DNA of 64,000 nt from Macrostomum lignano (lineage: Eukaryota), in contig NIVC01002295.1 of NCBI GenBank assembly GCA_002269645.1, positions 182,627 to 246,626 on the forward strand. Reading direction: 5' to 3'. This document shows positions 11,764 through 24,293 of this stretch, piece after piece. The stretch's first letter is position 1. Each line of letters starts with the position of its first letter. The translations under genes and the position numbers were made by a program. The notes beneath the pieces are model-generated. The model saw only the letters and a program-made list of their open reading frames with translations, had not been told where the DNA came from and searched no databases.

Positions 11764-13125
11764 ATGGCTGCAACTGCAGAAGAAGCCGACCCAATCTACG
11801 GAGGTGTTCGCAACGAAAATCACCTGCAGAACTCAGGCCAGTCAGATCAGCAGCAAGCGTCATCGTTTAGATGGCGCCCTCTGTTGTCCCTGCTGGCCAT
11901 GTTCTCAGTGGAGCGGTGCACGTACTACAACTACATGGCAACGGTGATCAACGCTGGCAACTGCAGCCTGCCGTACTGCGGCGCTTTGCAAGGCGACGTC
12001 CCCAACGATCCATGGTGGACTGCCTTGAACCTGCAGCTGCCGCAGTGCCTGTCATTCCTGCTGCCAGTGCTTGGTGGCGTCATTGCCGATCGGTTTTTCG
12101 GTTGCGCCAAGACGCTGGCCTTCGGCTGTTTGGTTTACCACATCGGAGCCTGGCTGCTCGTGGGCCTTGTGCACTGGCCTGCTCTGTGCAGCTTGGGCCT
12201 CGCCTACACCTGCAAGGTTGTTCTGGTAGTCGCTTCGGGAATTCTCAGGCCCTGCCTGTTTGTGCTCACCATCGAATCCGGTCTACAGGCATTCTCTGTA
12301 GGCCACGTATGCCAGTTGTACTACCTGTGGGAGGCGGTTGGCCAGGTGATTGGCTACCTGCTGGATTTTGTATCGGACAAGTTGAATTATCCGCTTGGTG
12401 TTGCATGCGTGCCAACTACAGCCGTGCTGCTGCTGCTGCTGGCCTTTGGCGGCGCGACTGACCAGCCCAGCAGGAATCGGAGCGACTTCGAGCTGCCAGG
12501 CTGGAGCAGAGCGAGGCGCCTAATGATTATTTCTGTGCCCCTGATACTGCTGTCCTCAAGTGTGCTGCTCGGTTATTTTACTCTAAGCGTGTCTGAATTG
12601 GCTAAAATTGTTCAAAAATTGAGCTCTGAGCAGTTCAGACTGAGTCGCGATTTCCTGCTGCTCTGCTACTCTGTTTGTCTGGTAGCGGCGGTGCTAATTC
12701 TGATCCTGGCAACTCGTGTGTTCAGTGCTGTGCGAACCCAACCCGACATCCGCATTGTCATTGGAATCGCCGCCACCGCGTTCGGTCACCTGGTGACGCC
12801 ATCAACTAAACTGCTGGGGCAGACAAGTCTTATCTGGGTTGCATCCGTTGCTGTGAATTTTTTCCACGCAATCGGCGAAGCGTTTGCAATCCCCACGGCC
12901 AATGAGGTGGCTTACCGGTCTGGATTCGCTTCATCGCGGACTGTTTTAGTCGGCATATTCATGGGAATCTGGGGCTCCGGCTACGTGTTTGGCACCATCG
13001 CTGAGCTGCTACATGTGCGCGCCGAGTATTTGCACCTGGCGTTCGGCTTTCTTCTTCTAATTGCCTTCTTTCATTTTGCCCAATTCGGGGTGCCAGCGCT
13101 GCTCTGGCTGTTGAACGGCAGGTAA
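11764..13125 (+). CDS. Divergent proton-dependent oligopeptide transporter (POT/PTR2, SLC15-like) MFS protein, intronless, 453 aa
   Basis: Single ORF with gccATGG context at 11764 and many hydrophobic segments. POT-like motifs: VERCTYY (ExxERFxYY), PVLGGVIADRFFG (PLLGGxxADxxxG), GILRPC (GGIKPN-like) and GEAFAIPTANEVAY (GELFxxPxxLEFAY-like). Confidence 0.8.
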   Translation: MAATAEEADPIYGGVRNENHLQNSGQSDQQQASSFRWRPLLSLLAMFSVERCTYYNYMATVINAGNCSLPYCGALQGDVPNDPWWTALNLQLPQCLSFLLPVLGGVIADRFFGCAKTLAFGCLVYHIGAWLLVGLVHWPALCSLGLAYTCKVVLVVASGILRPCLFVLTIESGLQAFSVGHVCQLYYLWEAVGQVIGYLLDFVSDKLNYPLGVACVPTTAVLLLLLAFGGATDQPSRNRSDFELPGWSRARRLMIISVPLILLSSSVLLGYFTLSVSELAKIVQKLSSEQFRLSRDFLLLCYSVCLVAAVLILILATRVFSAVRTQPDIRIVIGIAATAFGHLVTPSTKLLGQTSLIWVASVAVNFFHAIGEAFAIPTANEVAYRSGFASSRTVLVGIFMGIWGSGYVFGTIAELLHVRAEYLHLAFGFLLLIAFFHFAQFGVPALLWLLNGR

Positions 13126-13968
13126 GCAGTGAGAACTATAGAACTGCATGTATAGTACATTTACTTGTAGTTTTTCCATATTTTTAATTTGGATTAAAAA
13201 AGAATCATCAACGTACTGCGTTCAACGTATTAGCTAATTGAATTTTAATTCTAAGCACACTTAATTTTCCCGGGACATCCTGTGCGCAAATAAAAGTTTT
13301 TTGTTACTGAACATGCATGTACGAAGAACAACCGGCAAAATTTTATTCATTTCTCGTGTTAGAATTATGCAACTTCCTCTTTTCTCACTTGCTAACTGAG
13401 AATTTTATTTGTCGACAAATTTTGCTGTAAGATTAGGAATATATACATTAGAATTTACTGTTTACTAATTGAGTATGAATTGCATGCATAATCATGTTTT
13501 ATTTCTTACATTTAATTGCCCAAGCATGTACGTACATGTACAAAGGATTCATTTATGCATGTACTCTGCGAACAATTCTAAAATAAATTTTGTGTTTTTT
13601 ATTTTTTTAACCATTTTATGTATTTTGCTCGATCTACATATACATGTATGAACTATAATTTTGTATACTATAAATGCACTAAAAGATGCGAACGTAACGT
13701 CTTATTATACTTGCACTATATAGTCGTCCATTTTTTATGATATACATATGTACATGGATATAGTGATCAAAAGAACTTCGATGAATGTAAACTAGAACTT
13801 AATGTAATCATTAAGTACTCGTACGTAAGATGGTACGTAATCATTGAATAGATCAGAACAGACATCCAATCAAGTCCAAGCAGATAAATGTCTTGTACAT
13901 TCACATAAATTGCAATATTTCTTCGACAATCTTATTTATATTTGTTCAGCGCTTTCCGTACAGCAATC

Positions 13969-14143
13969 TGACGTCGGTGACAAATCGACCTACATTTCCG
14001 ACGTCTATCGACGTCGCTGACAAATATGTACGTTTCCATTACATCAACGGATAACGAAATCATACATTGGCTGAGCCTCTGTGTTGTAATAAGTTCATAT
14101 TTTTCAGCGATGTCGATAGAGGTGGAAAATATCGACCGACGTC
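13969..14143. mobile_element. Imperfect inverted repeat, MITE-like remnant
   Basis: 14005-14028 pairs with 14096-14119 (22/24), and looser pairing extends outward. It is a CpG-rich island within AT-rich DNA. Confidence 0.35.
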
Positions 14144-15690
14144 GCCGACTTTGAATTGATTTACAGGTTTGAAAAAATATCTAAATCGAGCTATGTAACT
14201 TTTATCAATAGGAAGAGTACGACGAATATCTTTTCAATCGTATTGCACTGTCGAACAATTGTTTTAACTTCTGTGGACAAAAGTCGACGGGGTCGTGAAT
14301 TGTAAGAAACAAACTTTTCTGCTTCTTCCGAGCTTTTTTCTTATAAATTATTTAAACAATAGTGTAAAAATCAACAACTTTTTGTACTTTAAAACCTTTG
14401 TATTGACAAAAATTATGACTTTAAACTATTTTGTGATAAATCTTAGCTTCAAGTAATATGTTTCGGTCCTGTGTTATCGAAGAATCAATTATTCGATTTC
14501 CTCTTGAAGGTGTTATTTCTTCATGTTTATTACTATATACTAGTATTACTACTGTACTGCAGTTATTAATATGATTCATTATAATATAGGATCATTAAGA
14601 TCTGTTTTTTCATTCGATGTAGAGTAAGGCTTCAGCTTCATTGGTGACTTGTATGAGATATTTATTTTTAGCATACTTGGCATTAGTTATTGATAGTGAT
14701 TGAATATTGTAGTTCTTACAGAATACTAGTTTATTGCTTTTGTTTATTGCTATTTCTTAGCTTTTAACAGTTGAATTTGTTGTTGATTTTTCAATAAATG
14801 TTACATATGTAACTATATTTAATACATTTTAATCTGATTGTGTTCGAAAGTTAGGCATCTTTACTTTAAAAGTTTAAGTAATTAATTTAGTCAATATTTT
14901 CAAATTTTCAATATGCCTATGGCAATAGGCCTAAACTATACAATAGTCAGAATACATTTGTCTGTATTCGAAAACTTTTTCACTGTTTGTGCCAAGAGGT
15001 AGCTCACTTAGTCAAGTTTTATGGTCTTGCATTATTTTATTCCCATTTTGATTAACTTTTCTAAATTATTATAGAATTACCAATATTTAGATTAAATTAA
15101 TCTCTACATATAAAAATCAAAACTCTTCTAATATAAAATGATGCTTTCTGCTATGTTTCAATTTTTTAACTTTATACTAAATCTTACAGCAAATATTATA
15201 TATATATATATATACCTTATTTTTATTTAATAAGAATATTTTATTATTCTTGTAAGTTATTTTTAAAAACATATATATATATATGGGGAAATCCAAAAAT
15301 CGGGGGCAAGTTTTATGAAAATTCGTTTTTTTGGCAATTTGAAAGCAATAAAGCTATAAAATAAATTTATTCAAGTTTTTAAAAAGTAAAAAAGTCTATT
15401 AAAGCACAAATTATTTTCGTATAGCTTTATTTTTAATAAAATGATTTGTTAAAACGGTAAGTTTAATTACGACCTAAAATGAGTCTAATGAAAATGATTG
15501 AAAAGCTATAATAATGTATTTTATTAACTTTAACTATCTTATAATGTTACACTCTATAATTCTACAACATATTTAACATTATTTTAAGGTTTTATTTGTT
15601 TATCACTTTCGTTACTCTTGACAACGTGTATTTTGTAGAGTTCGTTTGCAATAAATTGTATTCAACGTAAGTTTATTATTTAAACATACA

Positions 15691-16399
15691 AATTCCCATA
15701 AGGATCGGAAAATTGCATTTTACTCAGCTTCTACTAAAGCGATTTGGAAAATTCTTTTTTTCCTGCATACACGCCGCGATGATACATGTTTTAGTGTAAT
15801 TTCATTGTTCTTCGTCGCTTAATAAGCATACAGTAAGCATCTGATTTGGAAGCCGGGTAACACATTGGAATTCCCATAAGGATTGGAAAATTGCATTTTA
15901 CTCAGCTTCTACTGAAGCGATTTGGAAAATTCTTTTTTTCCTGCATACACGCCGCGATGATACATGTTTTAGTGTAATTTCATTGTTCTTCGTCGCTTAA
16001 TAAGCATACAGTAAGCATCTGATTTGGAAGCCGGGTAACACATTGGAATTCCCATAAGGATTGGAAAATTGCATTTTACTCAGCTTCTACTGAAGCGATT
16101 TGGAAAATTCTTTTTTTCCTGCATACACGCCGCGATGATACATGTTTTAGTGTAATTTCATTGTTCTTCGTCGCTTAATAAGCATACAGTAAGCATCTGA
16201 TTTGGAAGCCGGGTAACACATTGGAATTCCCATAAGGATAGGAAAATTGCATTTTACTCAGCTTCTACTGAAGCGATTTGGAAAATTCTTTTTTTCCTGC
16301 ATACACGCCGCGATGATACATGTTTTAGTGTAATTTCATTGTTCTTCGTCGCTTAATGAGCATACAGTAAGCATCTGATTTGGATGCCGGGTTCACATT
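15691..16399. repeat. 178-bp tandem repeat, 4 copies
   Basis: AATTCCCATAAGG recurs at 15691, 15869, 16047 and 16225. Confidence 0.95.
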
Positions 16400-17475
16400 T
16401 TGTGGTACCATTTTTTACCCAAAATTTTTAAGTCTAAATATAGGCATATTACAAATACTAATACTATGCAAGTTGATATTTAAATGAAAGAAAACAACTT
16501 AAAGATTATTTTGCAACAAGGAATTAGCGATATATTTACTTTTAGAAAAAGATGTTTGCTGGCAAACTTTGCACTTTATATTAGTATGAATTTTTGTGAG
16601 TTTATATGGTTTTAGAAAAACTTTGAAATCCTTAGAAATACTTCATCTTTTTGAATTGAATAAAAAGTAAAACATAGATTACTTTCTGTTTTGTAAGTAG
16701 TAAAAAAATTAGCCTTCTCTAAGGCCTACAAGTCTTAAAATTAATTGTTTAATAATGAAAAAAAGTGAAACAAAAAATTGCAAATCGGTCAACTCGGACT
16801 TTCAAAATGCTTTTTTGTGGTTTTTTCTTATTTATTCAACAATATAAAGCATGAAAACAATAGTTTTTATCCAGAACTATTTTCTAAAGACCTATCTATC
16901 TTTCAAAAACCTTTTTTAGATACATTACTTTCCATCGAATGTCCGCAGATTTGTTTTACCGTTTTATCCCACGTTTTTGGATTTCGCCATATATGTATAT
17001 ATATATATATATATATTATATCATTATATAAAATTGTTATACTTAATAACACTTTTGAAATAGGGCAATAAAAGTTTAAGTTTAAAGGTATATATATATT
17101 TTTATTTATAAAATATGAATTATATTATATTATTTTAAATGCTACTTTAGTCTATTCTAGGTATAGTAATCATAAGCCTTAGTTTGATTCTAAATATAGC
17201 CATAATAATCTTGAGGCTTTTTTATCATGATTTTTATTATATAAGGCAATTTATTTCAATGTATCCTTATTTTTTATAGCCTAAGTATGTAATTGTCAAT
17301 TGATACATTTTATCTTTGTTATATATTTAAATATATACAAGGTAGTATGATGATATTTGTCACCAAGAAAGCTATATTATTCATTGATACAAAATTTATT
17401 TTTTTACTTTATTTTAGAATTTATTCTATTTTATTTGCATGTCAATAGATCTAAAATATATATTTATAATATAAA

Positions 17476-20400
17476 ATGCCATCATTATTGAAAAAGTTGC
17501 ACCTGCCAACCAAAAAGAAAGAAGAATCTATTGGAGAGTTCCAGTGCATAGTTAGCCTTCTGCATGAGGACAAGCCTTTAGAGTTCAAGTTTCATGTAAG
17601 TGGTTTTCTTTGATAAACATTAAAATCAAGTATATTTATTCTATTATACTCTGTGCATTATAGTAAAAGTTGAATTTTACTCAATAAATTGCTTGTACTG
17701 TACTAAAAATGAACCAAATACTTATCATAAGAAGAAATGATAAAATATATATATCAATAATTTCAACCAGGTGGACACTTTGGGCGAGGGTATTTTCGAA
17801 AAGGTGTGCGAAGTAATTGGCAACCTGCAAGAGAAGGACTATTTTGGCTTGAGGTATCGCAGCGATGACCAGCAGCGGGTGAGTTTGCTTTATCTCTGTT
17901 TCACTCTTCCCAGATCCTCAGTTTCTAGGCCAGCCTCCCAGATCCTCAGTTTCTAGGCCAGCCTCCCAGATCCTCAGTTGCGGGGCCAGCCTCCCAGATC
18001 CTCAGTTGCTGGGCCAGCCTCCCAGATCCTCAGTTTCGAGGCCAGCCTCCCAGATCCTCAGTTGCTGGGCCAGCCTCTCAGATCCTCAGTTTCTAGGCCA
18101 GCCTCCTAGATCCTCAGTTGCTAGGCAGCCCTATAAAACATATAAAGCTAACTTACAAATTGTCTTGCAGCGATGGCTGGAGAACGGACTTCCTGCCTAC
18201 AAGCAGCTCAAGCGTAAGCAATAAAACCTTTTAGCTAGCCATTTAGCGCCTAAGCGAATGGTTTGGACTAAGCTGCTAGTGTCCCTTCTATCGTCTTGCA
18301 GACCTGTCCCCTATCGTGGTCACGTTTCGCGTGAAGCACTATCCGCCGCACCCTACCGACAATTTGAAGCAGGAGCTGTCCAAGTGAGTGCACTCAATAT
18401 ATATATCACTTTCTATTAGTTATTAGTACATGTTGTACTAATTTTTGCCTTGTATTTTGCCAGGTACCTGCTATTCTGCCAGCTAAAGCGCGACTTGCTT
18501 CACGGCCGCCTGTACAGTGTCTCCTCTAATGACGTCATCTTTCTGGCTGCCTGCATAGTTCAGGGTGAGTTTTGAGTTTGAGCATACCGAAGTACTGACG
18601 CATAGTCTCTGGTGTAAAAATTTCTGTGTTTGAGGACAATCTGTTCGGAATAATGTATTGATTGACATTTTGTATTTGAGCAGTTGGGAATACTATAGAT
18701 GACATTGTGTATTTGAGCAGTTGGGAATACTATAGCTGACATTGTATATTTGAGCAGTTGGGAATGCTATAGCTTACATTGTGTATTTGAGCAGTTGGGA
18801 ATACTATAGCTGACATTGTATATTTGAGCAGTTGGGAATGCTATAGCTTACATTGTGTATTTGAGCAGTTGGGAATACTATAGCTGACATTGTATATTTG
18901 AGCAGTTGGGAATGCTATAGCTTACATTGTGTATTTGAGCAGTTGGGAATACTATAGCTGACATTGTATATTTGAGCAGTTGGGAATACTATAGCTGACA
19001 TTGTGTATTTGAGCAGTTGGGAATACTATAGCTGACATTGTATATTTGAGCAGTTGGGAATACTATAGCTTACATTGTGTATTTGAGCAGTTGGGAATAC
19101 TATAGCTGACATTGTATATTTGAGCAGTGGGGAATACTATAGCTGACATTGTATATTTGAGCAGTTGGGAATACTATAGCTGACATTGTGTATTTGAGCA
19201 GTTGGGAATACTATAGCTGACATTGTATATTTGAGCAGTTGGGAATACTATAGCTTACATTGTGTATTTGAGCAGTTGGGAATACTATAGCTGACATTGT
19301 ATATTTGAGCAGTTGGGAATACTATAGCTGACATTGTATATTTGAGCAGTTGGGAATGCTATAGCTTACATTGTGTATTTGAGCAGTTGGGAATACTATA
19401 GCTGACATTGTGTATTTGAGCAGTTGGGAATACTATAGCTGACACTGTGTATTTGAGCAGTTGGGAATACTATAGCTGACACTGTGTATTTGAGCAGTTG
19501 GGAATACTAGCTTACTGTCATTTATTATTAAAAGATATCCTGAAGTTCACCTCGCATTACTTACTTATTTATTGCAGCCGAGTTTGGCGACTTTGATGAA
19601 ATTGAGGACTACGAGGAGAACGCCTACCTGTCCGGAGTCACTCTCATTCACAACCAGACGCCTAAAATTGAGACTCGAATCTATGAGGAGCACAGGAACT
19701 TGAAGTGAGCCGTGTTTTGAGGTGTCAGCAATTGCTGCTACAGTTGGCGAATCTCCACCCTGAGACTGAGCCAGTGTCTGAAATCTCCCCCACGAGATTC
19801 TCCCCCTGAGACTGAGCCAGTTTCTGAAGTCTCCCCCCTGAGACTGAGCCAGTGTCTGAAATCTCCCCCCTGACCTCCTGAGACTGCGCGAGTGTGTGAA
19901 ATCTCCCCCTGAAACTGAGCCAGTGTCTGAAATCTCCCCCCTGAGACTTTGCCTGTGTCTGAAATCTCCCCCTGAAACTGAGCCAGTGTCTGAAATCTCC
20001 CCCTGAAACTGAATCAGTGTCTGAAATCTCCCCCTGAAACTGAATCAGTGTCTGAAATCTCCCCCTGAAACTGAATCAGTGTCTGAAATCTCCCCCTGAA
20101 ACTGAATCAGTGTCTGAAATCTCCCCCTGAGACTGAGCCAGTGTCTGAAATCTCCCCCCTGAGACTTTGCCAGTGTCTGAAATCTCCCCCTGAAACTGAG
20201 CCAGTGTCTGAAATCTCCCCCTGAAACTGAGCCAGTGTCTGAAATCTCCCCCTGAGACTGAGCCAGTGTCTGAAATCTCCCCCCTGAGACTTTGCCAGTG
20301 TCTGAAATCTCCCCTACTGAGGCGCATGCAGAGTCGGAGACACTCGAACTAAGTTCACCCCTGCCTGTTCCTATCCGCAGAGGCAAGAGTGTGCAGGAGG

Positions 20401-23400
20401 TTGAAGCCATGTTTCTAAGCAAGGCGTTCTCCTTGGACACGTATGGCATCGATCCGAAACCCGTCAGGGTAAGCCAGCTAATTGATTAACTTTTAAGAGC
20501 TTTATTCCTGCTTTTTTATGTACAGAGAAGGGGTATTGAATTATCGAATGAATATTGATAACAGAGAATAGAATTCAGTCACATATTGAGCACACTATTT
20601 ACATTCATTTAATGCTTTAGTTTGGTTTGGCTTTGACACTCTGTTTGCGTATTGATAAGGAATTGAGGAAGGGTCAACTAAGGTTGTCTGTGTTTTTGCA
20701 ACTTTTATCAGAATTACAGGTTTTTTATTGCGGCAGTTAGTTTTTACGATTAGGTAAAATATTATGTGCATACATGGGTCATTGTCGTTTAATTCCAATT
20801 GGAAATAAAAAACCGCTAATTTTGGCTCTGCTGCTTTTTCATTGTCAGGATCGCAATGGAAACACTCTGCATTTGGGCCTGGCGCACAATGCCATTGTGA
20901 CATTTCACGGTAGCAGGCTCACCCACTCATTTCCCTGGTAAGATATCGATGTCATCTGTGTTTTCCATATGCTGAAAATCCTGTTAGTTTGATTGATAGA
21001 TTGATGCCTGTTAGTTTGATTGATTGACTAAGATTCAGTTAGTTTATTTGATTGATGCCTGCGTTAGTTTTATTGATCGATCAATTGAGAATTTAGTTTG
21101 ATTGCTTGATGCCTCTTAGTTTGATTTATTGATTGCTAATTTTTTGTTTGATTGATTGATTGATACCTCTGTTAGTTTGATTGATTGATTGACGCTTCTG
21201 TTAGTTTGATTGATTGATTGCTACTTTTGTTAATTTGATTGATTGCTTGGTGCCTCTTTGATTGATTGATTGATTGCTACTTTTGTTAGTTTGATTGATT
21301 GCTACTTTTGTTAGTTTGATTGATTGATTGATTGATACCTAAGTTAGTTTGATCAATAGATCAATTGATTTGTCGGTTAGTAATTCTTGTTGATTGATTG
21401 ATCAGTTGATATGTCTGTTTGTTTGTTTGATTGAGAGATTTGTTAAAATGATTGATAGGGAAATGTAGAAATGTTGAAATCAGTTGGTTAATAATGCCAA
21501 TGGCAATTCTTTGCATTATTTAGGGAGAACGTGAACAGCATCCAGTTCAACGATAAAATGCTGCTGCTGGATGTTAACCTGAGCCGAGAGGTAAGCCTTT
21601 GTCAGTAAGCTTATTAGTCTATCTGGCAGTGTATAATAATTATAGATCTGTAGATATTTGCTTCCGCCGTACCAGCTATCTGTCTGTTAACAATTAATTA
21701 GTTTATTAATAGTGTTTACATAAACGTATTTAAAATATTAGTTACCGTAGTTAACAAGACATTCAATTTACGAGCCTTCTTGTTTGTAACCTGCTAACGT
21801 TTTGAGAAATTAAAATACATTAACTATATTGGCAATGTTAGCAAATAATCAATAGTAAAAATAATGATAATAATTAACCAACACTGTGTATTGCACTTTT
21901 TAACCTGACCAGGAATTGACCAACTCCACTGATTTCAAATACAAGGTAAAAAACAGCTGTTTTATTGTCATTTAATTATCCTACTAAATTGATATTTAAA
22001 GCCGTATAAAATAACTATAACTTATAGTATAAGGGCACGCTTAGAACGCCAGATGAGCTCATGTTTTTATTCAGTAGTTTCAAAATCCACTAATTTATAT
22101 GATTGTGCGAGTATATCCACATCTTCTATAAGGAAGGGTCTCGACCATAAGGCTTATTGTTATTCTAACATTGACGTTTTTGCCTGGCGCACCTACAAAT
22201 GTGCCTGTTAATTGCTACAGACCCATTGACGCCCGCTAATTGAGCGGCAGAGAAAGCACGCACGAAAAGTTGTTGATGACTCTCTATGGCCAAAACTCGT
22301 ATTATTAACCCCATGAAAGCGGCCCACAGTTTATTTATAAAAAAACAAAAATCGTCCATGGTATAGATTGGGGGCTTCTCCCCCACACTCAACCCTCACT
22401 CTCAAAGTGTAGCTCATTAAAAATGTCTATGGTACAATGTCATTGATACACAATAGTCTATGGCCCCACACCCAACCCTCACTCTCAAAGTGTAGCTCAT
22501 TAAAAATGTCTATGGTACAATGTTATTGATACACAATAGTCTATGGCCCCACACCCAACCCTCACTCTCAAAGTGTAGCTCATTAAAAATGTCTATGGTA
22601 CAATGTCATTGATACACAATAGTCTATGGCCCCACACCCAACACTCACTCTCAAAGTGTAGCTCATTAAAAATGTCTATGGTACAATGTCATTGATACAC
22701 AATAGTCTATGGCCCCACACCCAACCCTCACTCTCAAAGTGTAGCTCATTAAAAATGTCTATGGTACAGTGTCATTGATACAAAATAGTCTATGGCCCCA
22801 CACCCAACACTCACTCTCAAAGTGTAGCTCATTAAAAATGTCTATGGTACAATGTCATTGATACACAATAGTCTATGGCCCCACACCCAACCCTCACTCT
22901 CAAAGTGTAGCTCATTAAATGTCTATGGTACAATGTCATTGATACACAATAGTCTATGGCCCCACACCCAACCCTCACTCTCAAAGTGTAGCTCATTAAA
23001 AATGTCTATGGTACAATGTCATTGATACACAATAGTCTATGGTCTCAAGCGTGGACTTTGCCCGCTACCCATCTTCTGATTATTTCATTAGCACACTTAT
23101 AAAAGCTGTGATGAAGCTGTGTTGAGAAAAAAACGAAAAAAGACGCTAGTGAGGCAGTGAGCCTAGATTCGGCTCCAGATTTTTATTATGCTAAGGACAC
23201 CCTCTCGGGTTTTTTGCTATATAAATGGCTTTAAAGGCACGAACTATTATGCATGAATATTCATTCTCGGGTTCTCTCTCACTCTACCGCTTCATTTCTA
23301 TATCTAGTCAGTGCAACGTCTATATACCTGTCTTTTACCGCTTTCTAGATAAGAAATATTAGTGCTCAATGGTTCAGAGTAGTTCAGAGTCGGCAGTAGG

Positions 23401-24155
23401 CCGCCCACCCACCGCTTTAGGCTGTCCATCTCTATGCTGCGGTTGCAGCTCACTGTCTGCTATCTCTACTATTGTTTCGTTTTTATAAGGGGTGGGGGCA
23501 GAGGGCGCTTCGGGCAGATTGTTTGGGTTCAAGAAGTCCCTCTTTAACTGTCTGTCTGCGTCTTGTCCTCCGATGCCCGTGTCGCTGTCCTCTCTGTCTC
23601 TCTATTCTCTCGACTGCTCAGCTGCAAGCTCTGCCTCTTTGATGCAGCCAGCAACTGGACTCAGCTACCTCATCTAGCTGAATACGACTTATAGTTTTTT
23701 ACTTCCTTTGATGGGTAAAGCATTGTCTATGTTTGCCTTGGTTGCTTGTTTTACGCTCAGTATTTTACCTGCCATTTTCTTTGACCACCTGTTGCGTGTC
23801 TGTCTGCTTAAGTCTGTATAGTATTATCTCTGTCTGTTTGGTTCAAAGTGCGGCTTAGAGTGTATGTACCTGTATTAGGGTATTAGGGTCTGTATTAGTG
23901 TCTGTATTACGGTATTAGAGTCTGTATTAGTGTCTATATTAGTGTCTGTATTAGTATCTGTATTAGTGTCTATTAGTGTCTATTAGTGTCTGTATTAGTG
24001 TCTATTAGTGTCTGTATTAGGCTACTAGGGTCTGTATTAGTGTCTGTATTAGGGTATTAGGGTCTGTATTAGTGTCTGTGTGTCTGTCTGTGTGTGTGTG
24101 CCTGTCTGTCTGTCTGTCTGTGTCTGTCTGTCTGTCTGTGTCTGTCTGTCTTTCT

Positions 24156-24189
<34 letters not shown>

Positions 24190-24260
24190 CTGTCTGTCTG
24201 TGTGTCTGTGTCTGTCTGTCTGTCTGTCTGTGTCTGTCTGTCTGTCTGTCTGTCTGTCTT

Positions 24261-24293
<33 letters not shown>

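Noticed and set aside
23492-23680. GC-richer, protein-like stretch inside FERM intron 9
   Set aside because: The best minus-strand frame contains an internal stop and no recognisable motif.
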